Positions 1-9,441 of a stretch of 64,000 nucleotides of DNA are shown here, piece after piece; within the stretch, counting starts at the first letter, position 1; every line of letters begins with the position of its first letter. Position numbers and translations under genes: made by a program. The stretch lies in contig JBALDB010000056.1 in NCBI GenBank assembly GCA_036918135.1, positions 320,001 through 384,000 of the forward strand. The letters are read 5' to 3'. The notes beneath the pieces were generated by a model. It searched no databases, was not told where the DNA came from, and was given only the letters and a program-made list of their open reading frames with translations. The DNA comes from Nostoc sp. Its GTDB lineage: Bacteria > Cyanobacteriota > Cyanobacteriia > Cyanobacteriales > Nostocaceae.

Positions 1-317
1 TTGTCGAGTATATGTTACAAGCATTCAAGCTTTTTCTAAAAGCAAAAGGAAAAGGCAGCGCCCAAGATAATATTAATATGGGAACATTTGAAGCACAGAC
101 ATTTCCATTTCCTTCGATTGATGAGCAAGAAATAATTGTTGCAAGATTAGATTTTATCTCTACAGAAACACAACGCCTCGAAGCCATCTACAAACTAAAA
201 ATTACCGCCCTCAACGAACTCAAACAATCCATCCTGCAAAAAGCATTCACAGGCGAACTCACCGCAGACACCGCCAACCAAACAACAAAAGCCGCTCAAG
301 AGGTAAATGCTGCATGA
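1..317 (+). CDS. hsdS: Type I restriction-modification specificity subunit, C-terminal part (5' end outside window)
   Basis: HsdS C-terminal motifs GSAQDNIN, P..DEQ..IV..LD and LKQSILQKAFTGEL; lies upstream of hsdR. Confidence 0.85.
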   Translation, partial: VEYMLQAFKLFLKAKGKGSAQDNINMGTFEAQTFPFPSIDEQEIIVARLDFISTETQRLEAIYKLKITALNELKQSILQKAFTGELTADTANQTTKAAQEVNAA

Positions 318-1208
318 TTACCCTTGAAAACCTTGAAAAATGGCTGAATGCACCCGCAGAAATAGAACGGCTAGAATTCAAAGAAGCCAAGCAACAGTAT
401 GATACAACCAAATTGTTGCGCTACTGCGTGGCTTTAGCCAATGAAGGTGGTGGATATCTGGTTTTGGGCGTAACTGACAAGCCTCCTCGTCGAGTCGTAG
501 GTTCTCAAGCCTTTGCTTCCCTAACCGATCTCAACGATATCAAAGCTCGCATTGTGGAGAAACTCAGATTTTGTCCACTCAGCAGCACCGCAAAATCGCT
601 TTATCGAGGAAGTTGTGCGAGAAGAAGTAAAAATGTTCCCGGAACAGGCTTTACGAGAACTCATTGCTAATGCTTTGGTGCATCAGGATGTTCTAGCAAC
701 AGGTACTTCAGTGATGATCGAGATGTATAGCGATCGCATTGAGATATCTAATCCCGGCATTCCGCCTATTAAGGTGGAGCGATTTATTGATGAAAATCGC
801 TCCCGTAACGAACAACTCGCAGACATGATGCGACGTTTCGGTATATGTGAAGAAAAAGGCAGTGGCATTGACAAAGTTGTAAGCGCAGCAGAAGTCTTTC
901 AACTACCCGCGCCAGATTTTCGAGTAGGTGACACACGCACTACAGCAGTGCTGTTTGCCCATCAGGATTTTGCCAATATGAGCAAAACAGACCGAATTCG
1001 AGCCTGCTACCAACATTGTTGTCTGCTGTATGTCAGCAATCAACGAATGTCCAACCAAACCCTACGGGAGCGTTTCCGTCTAAGTGACTCGCAAGTAGCA
1101 ACCGTTTCTCTGATTATAGGAGCTACCAAAGAAGCTGGCTTGATCAAGGCTGACGAATCCGAATCAACCTCTACCCGCTATGCTCGCTATCTCCCTTTTT
1201 GGGCATAA
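314..1208 (+). pseudogene. Schlafen/AlbA_2 DNA-binding domain plus RecG-C-like (HATPase_c_4) ATP-binding protein, internally deleted and frameshifted near 570
   Basis: N-terminal E-RLEFKE...ALANEGGG.LVLGV.D in one frame; ALRELIANALVH...RIEISNPG...RSRN...CEEKGSG in another frame; the middle of the protein is missing. Confidence 0.75.
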
Positions 1209-1408
1209 AAGTGTTTTAACGCAAACCGAGATGAGTCACTCCCAAATCCTCAAACCCTTGCAAAATCAACAAAAAAGTGTTTTAACGCAAATCCTCAAAC
1301 CCGTGCATAACCAATAAAAAAGTGTTTTAACGCAAATCGAGGTGAGTCACTCTCAAATCCTCAAACCCGTGCAGAATCAACAAAAAAGTGTTTTAAAGCA
1401 AATCGAGA
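1207..1408. repeat. Tandem repeat with units of 66/45/66 bp; four copies of AAAAGTGTTTTAA(C/A)GCAAA
   Basis: GTGTTTTAA starts at 1211, 1277, 1322 and 1388; the intervening sequences are homologous (GAGTCACT..CAAATCCTCAAACCC). Confidence 0.9.
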
Positions 1409-1418
1409 TCAGCGAAAT

Positions 1419-3752
1419 ATGAACGAAGCCGAAACCCGCGCCGAACTAATTGACCCCGCATTAAAAGCCGCAGACTGGGGAGTTACCGAAGGTAGTCGCA
1501 TCCGCCGTGAAGTTATTGCCCCTGGTCGCTTAGTTGGCAATGGTAAACGCGCTCAATCAGACATCGCCGATTATGTGCTGGTTTATCGTGGTGAAAAACT
1601 CGCCGTCATCGAAGCGAAAAAACGCGACTTACCAGATACCGCAGGTTTAGGGCAAGCCAAAAAATACGCCGAAAAGTTGCAAACTCGATTTGCCTACTCT
1701 ACAAATGGCATCGGTATCTACCAAGTAGATATGCACACAGGGGCAGAAGGCTACATCAAGCAATATCCCACCCCGGATCAACTTTGGTCAGCCATTTTTA
1801 GCAAAGATAATGAGTGGCGCGATCGCTTTGCTGCCATCCCCTTTGAAGACAAAAGCGGTACATGGGAAGCCCGTTATTATCAACACAATGCCATTAAGCA
1901 CGTCCTAGAAGCGATCTGCCAAGGACAAGACCGGATTTTGTTAACGATGGCAACTGGCACGGGTAAAACATTCATAGCCTTCCAACTCGCCTGGAAACTC
2001 TTTCAAAGCCGTTGGAATCTCAGCCGACAACCCACCCGTCGCCCGCGAATTTTGTTTTTAAGCGATCGCAATATTTTAGCCAACCAAGCCTATAACTCTT
2101 TCTCTGCCTTCCCCGATGATGCTCTTGTCCGCATCGACCCCGAAGCCATCAAAAAACGCGGTCGAGTCCCCAAAAATGGCAGTATTTTTTTTACCATATT
2201 CCAGACCTTTATGACTGGACGGGACGAGGCTGGCAATCCTACGCCCAAATTCAGCGACTATCCCCCCGACTTCTTTGACTTCATCATCATTGATGAATGT
2301 CACCGAGGCGGAGCCAGTGATGAAAGCACCTGGCGAGGCATTTTAGAATACTTCTCCCCAGCAGTACAACTGGGACTCACCGCCACCCCCAGACGCGCCA
2401 ACAACGCAGACACATACGCTTACTTCGGTGAGCCAGTCTATACCTACGCCCTCAAAGACGGCATCAATGACGGGTTTCTTACTCCCTTTAAAGTTAGGCA
2501 AATCGAAACTACCCTGGATGAATATATTTACAGCACCGAAGATGAATTAATCGAAGGTGCAGTAGACGAAGCCAGAACCTATACTGAAGACGACTTCAAC
2601 CGCATCATCGAAATTGCCGATCGCGAACGTTACCGAGTGCAACTGTTCATGGAAGAAATTGACCAGAATCAAAAAACTCTGGTGTTTTGCGCCAACCAAC
2701 CCCACGCTTTAGCTGTGCGGGATTTAATCAACCAAATGAAGATTAGCAGTAACCCTAATTACTGTGTCCGCGTTACCGCTGATGATGGGAAATTAGGCGA
2801 ACAGCACCTCAGCACCTTTCAAGACAACGAGAAAACTATTCCCACCATTCTCACCACTTCTCAAAAGCTTTCCACTGGGGTTGATGCCCGAAACGTTCGT
2901 AACATTGTGCTGATGCGTCCCATCAACTCAATGATTGAATTTAAGCAAATAATCGGTCGCGGTACTCGCCTATTTGAGGGGAAAGACTACTTCACTATTT
3001 ATGATTTTGTCAAAGCTTACGAACACTTCAACGATCCTGAATGGGATGGCGAACCCCAAGAACCTGTAGTAATCAAAAAGCCTGGAGGTACAGATGCAAC
3101 CAAAGGTTTCATAAAAGATACTAACAAAGGTAGCGTGGAAACACCAGAAGAACGCCGCCCTCAAAAAATCAAAATCAAACTCGCTGATGGCAAAGAACGT
3201 TTCTTCCAGCATCAGATGTCTACCACCTTTTGGAGTCCAGACGGTAAACCCATGAGCGCTACAGAATTTGTGCAACGTCTCTTTGGTGAAATTCCTGAAC
3301 TATTCACAGATGAAAACGAATTAAGAGCAATCTGGAGTCGCCCTGACACCCGTAGAGCTTTATTAGAAGGGCTGGCAGAGAAGGGCTACGGGGAAGAACA
3401 ACTCACAGAAATTAGCCGCCTAATTGATGCCGAGAAAAGCGATCTATATGATGTCCTAGCTTATATCGCCTATGCCTCTCCACCCATTAGCCGCCGAGAG
3501 CGTGTCCTAGCTCACAAATCATTAATTTTCTCGCGCTATATTGGCAAACAGCAAGAATTTCTCGACTTTATACTCGAACAATACATCAAAGCTGGGGTGG
3601 GAGAACTTGATCGCACTAAATTACCTCAACTGTTAGAGTTGAAATATCATACTGTTCGTGATGCCGTTGAAGAACTAGGAAGCGTTGCGAATATCAGTCA
3701 AGTATTTATTGGGTTTCAGCAGTATTTATATTCACACGACAGAGTGGCTTAA
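1419..3752 (+). CDS. hsdR: Type I restriction endonuclease subunit R (EcoAI/EcoEI-like)
   Basis: ADYVL...IEAK nuclease motif, Walker A MATGTGKT, DECH, TATP, QIIGRGTR; uninterrupted 777 aa. Confidence 0.92.
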   Translation: MNEAETRAELIDPALKAADWGVTEGSRIRREVIAPGRLVGNGKRAQSDIADYVLVYRGEKLAVIEAKKRDLPDTAGLGQAKKYAEKLQTRFAYSTNGIGIYQVDMHTGAEGYIKQYPTPDQLWSAIFSKDNEWRDRFAAIPFEDKSGTWEARYYQHNAIKHVLEAICQGQDRILLTMATGTGKTFIAFQLAWKLFQSRWNLSRQPTRRPRILFLSDRNILANQAYNSFSAFPDDALVRIDPEAIKKRGRVPKNGSIFFTIFQTFMTGRDEAGNPTPKFSDYPPDFFDFIIIDECHRGGASDESTWRGILEYFSPAVQLGLTATPRRANNADTYAYFGEPVYTYALKDGINDGFLTPFKVRQIETTLDEYIYSTEDELIEGAVDEARTYTEDDFNRIIEIADRERYRVQLFMEEIDQNQKTLVFCANQPHALAVRDLINQMKISSNPNYCVRVTADDGKLGEQHLSTFQDNEKTIPTILTTSQKLSTGVDARNVRNIVLMRPINSMIEFKQIIGRGTRLFEGKDYFTIYDFVKAYEHFNDPEWDGEPQEPVVIKKPGGTDATKGFIKDTNKGSVETPEERRPQKIKIKLADGKERFFQHQMSTTFWSPDGKPMSATEFVQRLFGEIPELFTDENELRAIWSRPDTRRALLEGLAEKGYGEEQLTEISRLIDAEKSDLYDVLAYIAYASPPISRRERVLAHKSLIFSRYIGKQQEFLDFILEQYIKAGVGELDRTKLPQLLELKYHTVRDAVEELGSVANISQVFIGFQQYLYSHDRVA

Positions 3753-3952
3753 TTGTGCAGGTCGCTACAATTAAGCACCCCAGTTAGCTGATTAACTCAA
3801 AGCTACATAATCATGGCTAAAAATGGCGATCGCCTATCAAATCAAAATACTTCAAAGCTATTAATTTGTATGTATAAATTAAAACTTACTCCTTATATTC
3901 TATCTTTTCAGTTCTTCGCAGTTGGATACTTAGTGATATAACAACATAGACT

Positions 3953-4210
3953 CTACGAAACTACATTAACAATAGAACTAACTTTGCCATCATCAGGTAT
4001 ATATTCTAAAAGGTCTCCAGGTTGACAATCTAACGCCATACAAATGCCATTTAACCTTTCTGGGGCTAATCGTGGCATTTCGTCAACCTTACGCAGCCTG
4101 TATACCGAATTTTCAGTAATTCCTAAGGCCGCAGCTAAATCCTTGTTCCTCAACCGCTTTCGCGCCATCACTTCATTTAATTTCCAACGAATCACTTTAT
4201 CCATAGGCAT
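3953..4210 (-). CDS. Xre/Cro-family HTH transcriptional regulator
   Basis: 85 aa; LAAALGIT.NSVYRL...IC.ALDCQPGDLLEY pattern typical of Cro/C1-type (HTH_26-like) proteins. Confidence 0.85.
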   Translation of the reverse strand: MPMDKVIRWKLNEVMARKRLRNKDLAAALGITENSVYRLRKVDEMPRLAPERLNGICMALDCQPGDLLEYIPDDGKVSSIVNVVS

Positions 4211-4306
4211 ATCACTACATCCCCAGTTTAGTGGCTGTTAGATGTAGATTTCTCTACTTGTCAGTATATAAAATTACAAATATATTTATAACATTCTAAG
4301 TTTTAT

Positions 4307-4345
4307 AAATCTACGTTTGACGCAAATCTACACGTCACGTAGATT
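4307..4345 (+). promoter_or_regulatory. Putative sigma70 promoter overlapped by a palindromic operator
   Basis: TTGACG (4317-4322), 17 bp spacer, TAGATT (4340-4345); palindrome AATCTAC-N7-GTAGATT (4325-4345) with extra half-sites at 4307 and 4244. Confidence 0.6.
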
Positions 4346-4425
4346 AATTGATAGACAAAAGCGATCGCTCTCCGGGAAGAGTCCGCGATCGCCTTTTGTA
4401 AAACCCCATTGATGAGGTTACTTAG

Positions 4426-4728
4426 ATGATTGTACAAGAAGAGTTTGATAACCAAGCCTTGGCTCAATCAGAGTTTGAGGGCTACGTTGACCAACTAGCA
4501 GACCCAGCACCCCCAGAAATAGAAATTGATTCCATAAACGATGATTTGGGAGAACTTTATCGAGTTTGGAACGGTTCACAATTGTTAGGTACTTTTTATC
4601 AAAATCTGGAGGGTAAATGGATAGCGCAGCCTTGTAATAAAGATGAAAGACCCTGTTTTGATACTCCTTTGCAAGCACAGTTAATCATCATAGCTGTTAA
4701 TGGCTTGCTGGTTGCAGATGTAGCATAA
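4426..4728 (+). CDS. Small acidic hypothetical protein divergent from the Xre regulator
   Basis: 100 aa ORF with GAGG RBS, an upstream promoter and a downstream terminator. Confidence 0.7.
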   Translation: MIVQEEFDNQALAQSEFEGYVDQLADPAPPEIEIDSINDDLGELYRVWNGSQLLGTFYQNLEGKWIAQPCNKDERPCFDTPLQAQLIIIAVNGLLVADVA

Positions 4729-4753
4729 CCCTTAAAAAATTTTCCCATCGCCT

Positions 4754-4783
4754 AGAGACGCGGTTCGTACCCGTCTCTTTTTT
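4754..4783 (+). terminator. Intrinsic terminator
   Basis: AGAGACG(C)GG...CCCGTCTCT hairpin followed by a T-run. Confidence 0.7.
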
Positions 4784-4845
4784 ATTTATGAGTGGCAGTG
4801 CGATCGCATCTCTAAATATTCAAGATTCGCAAGAATCAAAATAGC

Positions 4846-4878
4846 AAAAGGTCAGAATGTAGAAATTCCTGACCTTTT
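4846..4878. terminator. Hairpin, probable terminator of the tRNA-like RNA (bidirectional type)
   Basis: AAAAGGTCAGAAT...ATTC(C)TGACCTTTT inverted repeat immediately 3' of the RNA on the minus strand. Confidence 0.65.
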
Positions 4879-4983
4879 ACTGATGAAACTCGGCTGCTCT
4901 ACCAACTGAGCTACAGCCCCTTCTTATGGAACTGACGGGACTCGAACCCGTGACCCACCGAATGACTTAAAAACTTCAACGTA
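4878..4983 (-). ncRNA. Circularly permuted tRNA-mimic RNA, YrlA-type Y RNA-like
   Basis: Minus strand reads TCGGT-GGGTC-ACGGG TTCGAGT CCCGT (T arm)-CAGTTCC-ATAAGAA-GGGGCTG (closed acceptor stem)-TA-GCTC AGTTGGTA GAGC (D arm)-A-GCCGA; all stems pair; the 5' GTTGAAG can pair with the 3' TTTCATC. Confidence 0.8.
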
Positions 4984-5095
4984 CTTATAAATATAGCGAA
5001 ATCAGCTTCCTATTTACATGGTCAATCACCGAAGTTTTAGGTAGAGAAAACCGATTAAGTCAATAATATAGCGATGAAGAGATTTGCCTAAAATT

Positions 5096-8000
5096 TTAAG
5101 CATCTTCTCCCCAACGACGAATCAAATCTTTAGAGTTAGTAGTTCTCAAGCCATCACTTGTGTAAAACACAGTTGCACACCAGTCTCGATACATTCTTTT
5201 TTCATTGGACAGGGCAATTAGTGGATAGGATGGTTGACGATATATCTGAATTCCCCAAGCCAAAGTTAAATTTCTTGCAGTTAAGGCATCAATAACTACA
5301 TCACGACGAGCAACAAGAAGATGGCACTGATACTTCTCCCAACTTTCGCCAGGTTGTTTTAGGGTAAAAGCTAAAACTTCACCAGCAGCATTCAAAAATT
5401 GTCCTTGGTGAAAGTCAACAACCCCCAAGATTTTTCTCAGCCACTTTGCTGGCATCCATTCCTCTGCTTCACCATCTGGGCTGCGCCAATAAACTTTGCA
5501 GGTTCCCGCCAGTAAGGGAACGGTTTTGGATTGTCCGACTGAATTATTTACTTCATGAGGAATAATCCCTTCTTCCTCTGGAATCCAAGATGCCCAAACG
5601 ACCTCACATGGATCTTTGTAAAAATTCATGGCATCTACAATTGCCTGAAAATCATATAACTCTCTTGTTTTTCTATCACTCACGCTTTCTTGCATGAGGG
5701 ACGATGCGAATCGTGGGAAAGCGTAGCTTGCTCCCCAGAAAGTTGATTCAGCTTGGCTATCCACATTCCGCCTCTTTATATATGCCCTCAAGACTAACCA
5801 TTCATGGTCTTTTGCCCAATCTGGCAATTGCCTTGATTCAGGCAAAAGCAATGGCTCAATTGGTGGTAAAGGTGCTGTTTGTACCCACTTATTGACACGA
5901 TCAATTTGAAGTGGTTCAGTTAAGTCAACATCTGGAATAAGCTCTGAAAAATCTAAAATGGCATCAGAATTTAACTGGCTGTACCCAATATCAGTTGCTG
6001 GATTATTCACCTCAACCAAAAGTCCTAGATTCACAGGAGGTTCATAAGCTTTCTTGTTCCAATCATAAGCTGTGACACGATCAGCTAAAAAACCAGTGAG
6101 TTCGTGTGTGGCTGCCCAAACATATTTCTCGCCGAAGGTAGCCATTGAACTTTGGTCTCCGTGTGTTGCTTGGCTATACTGACGCAAAATTGCAATATCT
6201 GCCCCCAAAATCTCACCAGGCTTATCACCTTGAGGATTTCCAATGAAAACATCTTCAGACCAGCCGAGATTTAAAGCATAAGCGCGAACAAAAGCAAACG
6301 CAAGCTGCTTGTGAGTTAAGTCTGGAAGGTCATAAGCTATGCCATGACGTTTCAGACAGGCTTTAGCTGACGGAGAGAAACAAACAGAAGAGACTGATTC
6401 TTCTGATTCTTCCTGCTGTTCAGAAAATTCACTATCTTCATCCAATAAAGTCACTTGGATGTTGATTTCTAAAAATGAATCATCCATTTGCTCATCTTCA
6501 TCATTACTGTCTTCATCAACATCTGTGTACCTCGAATGAGCCATTCTTGTAAAATGGCTGTTTTCAAAAAAAGGTTCTATAGCTTTAGGTACAACATACC
6601 AAGCGAGATCACGAGTAACTGGGTCAATACCGTGATGTTCATTAATACTGCTAACACAATCCCTATCGACTGGGAGTAATTCGTTTGCATTTACATACGG
6701 TTTGCGTAGATGTATTAGAAGCTTTGCTGAGATTAAAACACCACACGCAAGACATCTATCAATAATGCTATGAGCGCAGTGCCTGATAATTAAGTTATGT
6801 GTACGATATGGTGCGCTGGGAGTGAAAAAGCTGTCAATTATCCACTCGCACAGTGGTATCCATGTTTCATTGGGACGAATAAGGCAAGAAGCACCATAAG
6901 CAGCTACCAATAGATCCTCCCTCATTTGAGGATCATTAGTTTGAAAGGCAGTTTCTAGAAGTGCTAGAAGTTCAATTGATTTGTTATGACCCCAGGCTGC
7001 AAGAGCCGACCGAATTCGTCTTCGGTTATCGTTATTAACAGTGGTAGTTGCCCACGCTAAAAGCAATGGTGCTGAGTCCCAAGGATCATCTTCTGCCAAT
7101 TCAAGTTCTTCCAAAACCGCAGAGGCATATCCTTCCCATTTAGCACCATGATTACGAGGTACTAGATGCGGCCCAGACCAGAATAAATCTCTCTCTGCCA
7201 CTCCCATAGGCAAAAGAGCATGATGTACAAATTTTGCACTGTACATATAGCTAGGAATTCTTAGCCCAGGAACGATCAGAATTTCTGAAACTCTGCGGCA
7301 GGTTGGCATATTTCGGCTAAACAGCTTAAGCACCCATTCTCGATATGCTTCTACTTCTTGAGAAGGCATCATCGAAAGTGCCATGAGTTGAACATCTTCT
7401 CGATCCTGACCTGTTAAGTTGTTTTTCCACAATTCTGAAGTAAAGAAATTATGACCATCCCTTCCAAGGAGATAGACTGCTAATCTGATAGATGCTGGCC
7501 TATCCACCAGATATATTGGCATATCAGGACTATTGGGCGATTCTTTAAAATTTTGATAAGCCTCCCATGCCAACAGAAAATCTGTCAAAGTTTCGTATGC
7601 TGGCTCCCAAGTGTGGACTTCTGGCTCGAAAGGATCGTCAGAAGGCAAACTTCTGAGCATTAGTAGCCCTTGATCGCGGCATTGGTGAAGAATTTGCAAC
7701 AGTTGTGGACGAGTTAAAATACCTTTTGGTGACTGTGCTGATTCAACCACTTGCATTGCCTCCTCTTCTAGCAATGCTGCTCCTTTTGCAAAGCTGGCTT
7801 TTGCGATCGCACGGAGAGAGGTACTAACTGGTTTTATATCTCTAGGCCAGTCTTCACCTTCACGCTCCCTGATAGAAAGTTCCGCGTTATTAATTTTCCG
7901 CTTAATTAATTCGACTAAGGAAAAATTTTGTTCTGAAATGTTGTCAATTATTTGCCCTCGATACAATTCAGCAAAAAGGCGAATTGCTAGTGGGGTTCGC

Positions 8001-8793
8001 AACGCCCACCGCAGAAGAGGTGGACATTGAATGCCATTAATTTGACAATGTGCTTTAAAAACATACGCAAGTGGTGCGTCAGAACCTCTCAACCAAATCC
8101 TATTAATATTCCTCGGTAGAGAAATTCGCTGAACCAAACTTGGCCGAACTGAGAATGCAAATAAGATTCTTGGATATTGTTGAGCTACTACAGCTAGTTC
8201 CCCAAGTTTCTTTGCCCAACGTTCTGCTCTAGTTGTCTCATCTAAACCATCTACTGCAATCAACACTCGAACTAGCAAACGTTCTGATATATCAACAGCG
8301 TTGGTAACGGAACGAACTTCAGGGCTAGTAGAGAAGCAATCCGAGTTTCATCCCATAAATCAACAGTGATCCCTGGATGAGTTGTCTTAGCAGAATTTAT
8401 GAATTTATTCCAGCGATCGCGTTCAGTGTCAACTCTTTGTCCGTTTTTACCAATTCTTCTGACATCACTCAAGTCACGAGGAACCACAACTACGTATCTT
8501 ACTAACCCACTCCTTTGAGTCGCAGCTGTGCTAAGTGAACCTTTAATCTGACTAATTTGAGAAGATTCAAGCGGTTCTCTAAACCATTTTGCCTGTAATC
8601 CAATGATATCCCCATTATTCAACCGAGCATACGCTTCAACGCCGCCATCTCCTCCAGCCCCATTAACAAATATGACCTGCCTAACCTGTGAAGGATATTC
8701 ACGGTGACACCATCGCTCGAAAATTATTCCTGTTAGAGACTCAAAAGCACGTTGAGGAGCATCGCCATGAAGATTGAAGCTAGACCAGTCCAA
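5096..8793 (-). pseudogene. AVAST-like defence protein (N-terminal Mrr/PD-(D/E)XK-like nuclease, STAND NTPase, long C-terminal sensor), internally deleted and frameshifted near 8320
   Basis: ORF 8272-8793 has FESL...GAGGDGGVE...GLQAKWF; ORF 5096-8278 starts just before Walker B LIAVDGLDE, followed by FSVR and RTPLAIRLF; no Walker A in either piece. Confidence 0.65.
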
Positions 8794-8925
8794 TTTTCCC
8801 TAAACCTTGTTTTCAAGACGAATTTTACTTTATTGCAATTTTATCTCTAGAATTCTGCCGTGTCTGGGTGACAAATACTACTGTATTTGTTTCATAGACA
8901 TATATTTTTATTAGACATCTAGAGG

Positions 8926-9441
8926 TCAATAAATCTTTTGACGCTTTGCCATCTTTGCAAAAGGCAGAGAACAATGAGGGCATTCACCTTTTACCCAATC
9001 TGAGGGAATTGAGAAAGGTGTTTCGCAGTTAGTACATTTGGTTAAAAAACCCAACTGGTGGCGATCGCATTTAAGTTTATCCTTATACTGCCACTCAATT
9101 CTGTGACAAGGTACTTCTGCATAACAAGCAGCACATAACCGAATTGGTCTAGGCTTCATCGTCACCCCATTAGGCGGTAGCATCTCGGCTAATCTATCTG
9201 CATTAACTCCTACCAGAGATGCCAAAGCCTCTAACTCTAGTCGAGTAGGAAATGGGTTAAAGTACAGTTTTTCCCAACGTCCCGTAACAGCACCAAGACC
9301 AGCAATTTTTCCTAAAGAGTATCCTGAAGGCAAGCTGTTAGCCTTAAATCGACGCAAACGCCCCAAATAATGACTAATGCTCTCTCCTTCGTATGGTTCA
9401 ACATAGCCTAGTTTTGGAAGAATTTCATCATCTTCATTCAT
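8926..9441 (-). CDS. tniQ: TniQ (short, V-K CAST type)
   Basis: EPYEGESISHYLGRLRR, WEKLYFNPFP, zinc-finger CxxC...CxxH...CxxC...CxxC; probable start ATG at 9441. Confidence 0.92.
   Translation of the reverse strand: MNEDDEILPKLGYVEPYEGESISHYLGRLRRFKANSLPSGYSLGKIAGLGAVTGRWEKLYFNPFPTRLELEALASLVGVNADRLAEMLPPNGVTMKPRPIRLCAACYAEVPCHRIEWQYKDKLKCDRHQLGFLTKCTNCETPFSIPSDWVKGECPHCSLPFAKMAKRQKIY

Noticed and set aside
1207..1408. CRISPR array
   Set aside because: The sequences between the constant cores are homologous to each other rather than unique spacers, there is no GTTGAAAG/ATTGAAAC-type repeat end, and no cas gene is adjacent
4890..4961. Ordinary tRNA gene or integration-site tRNA fragment
   Set aside because: The 3' half precedes the 5' half, there is no anticodon loop, the acceptor stem is closed by a loop, and no integrase is nearby
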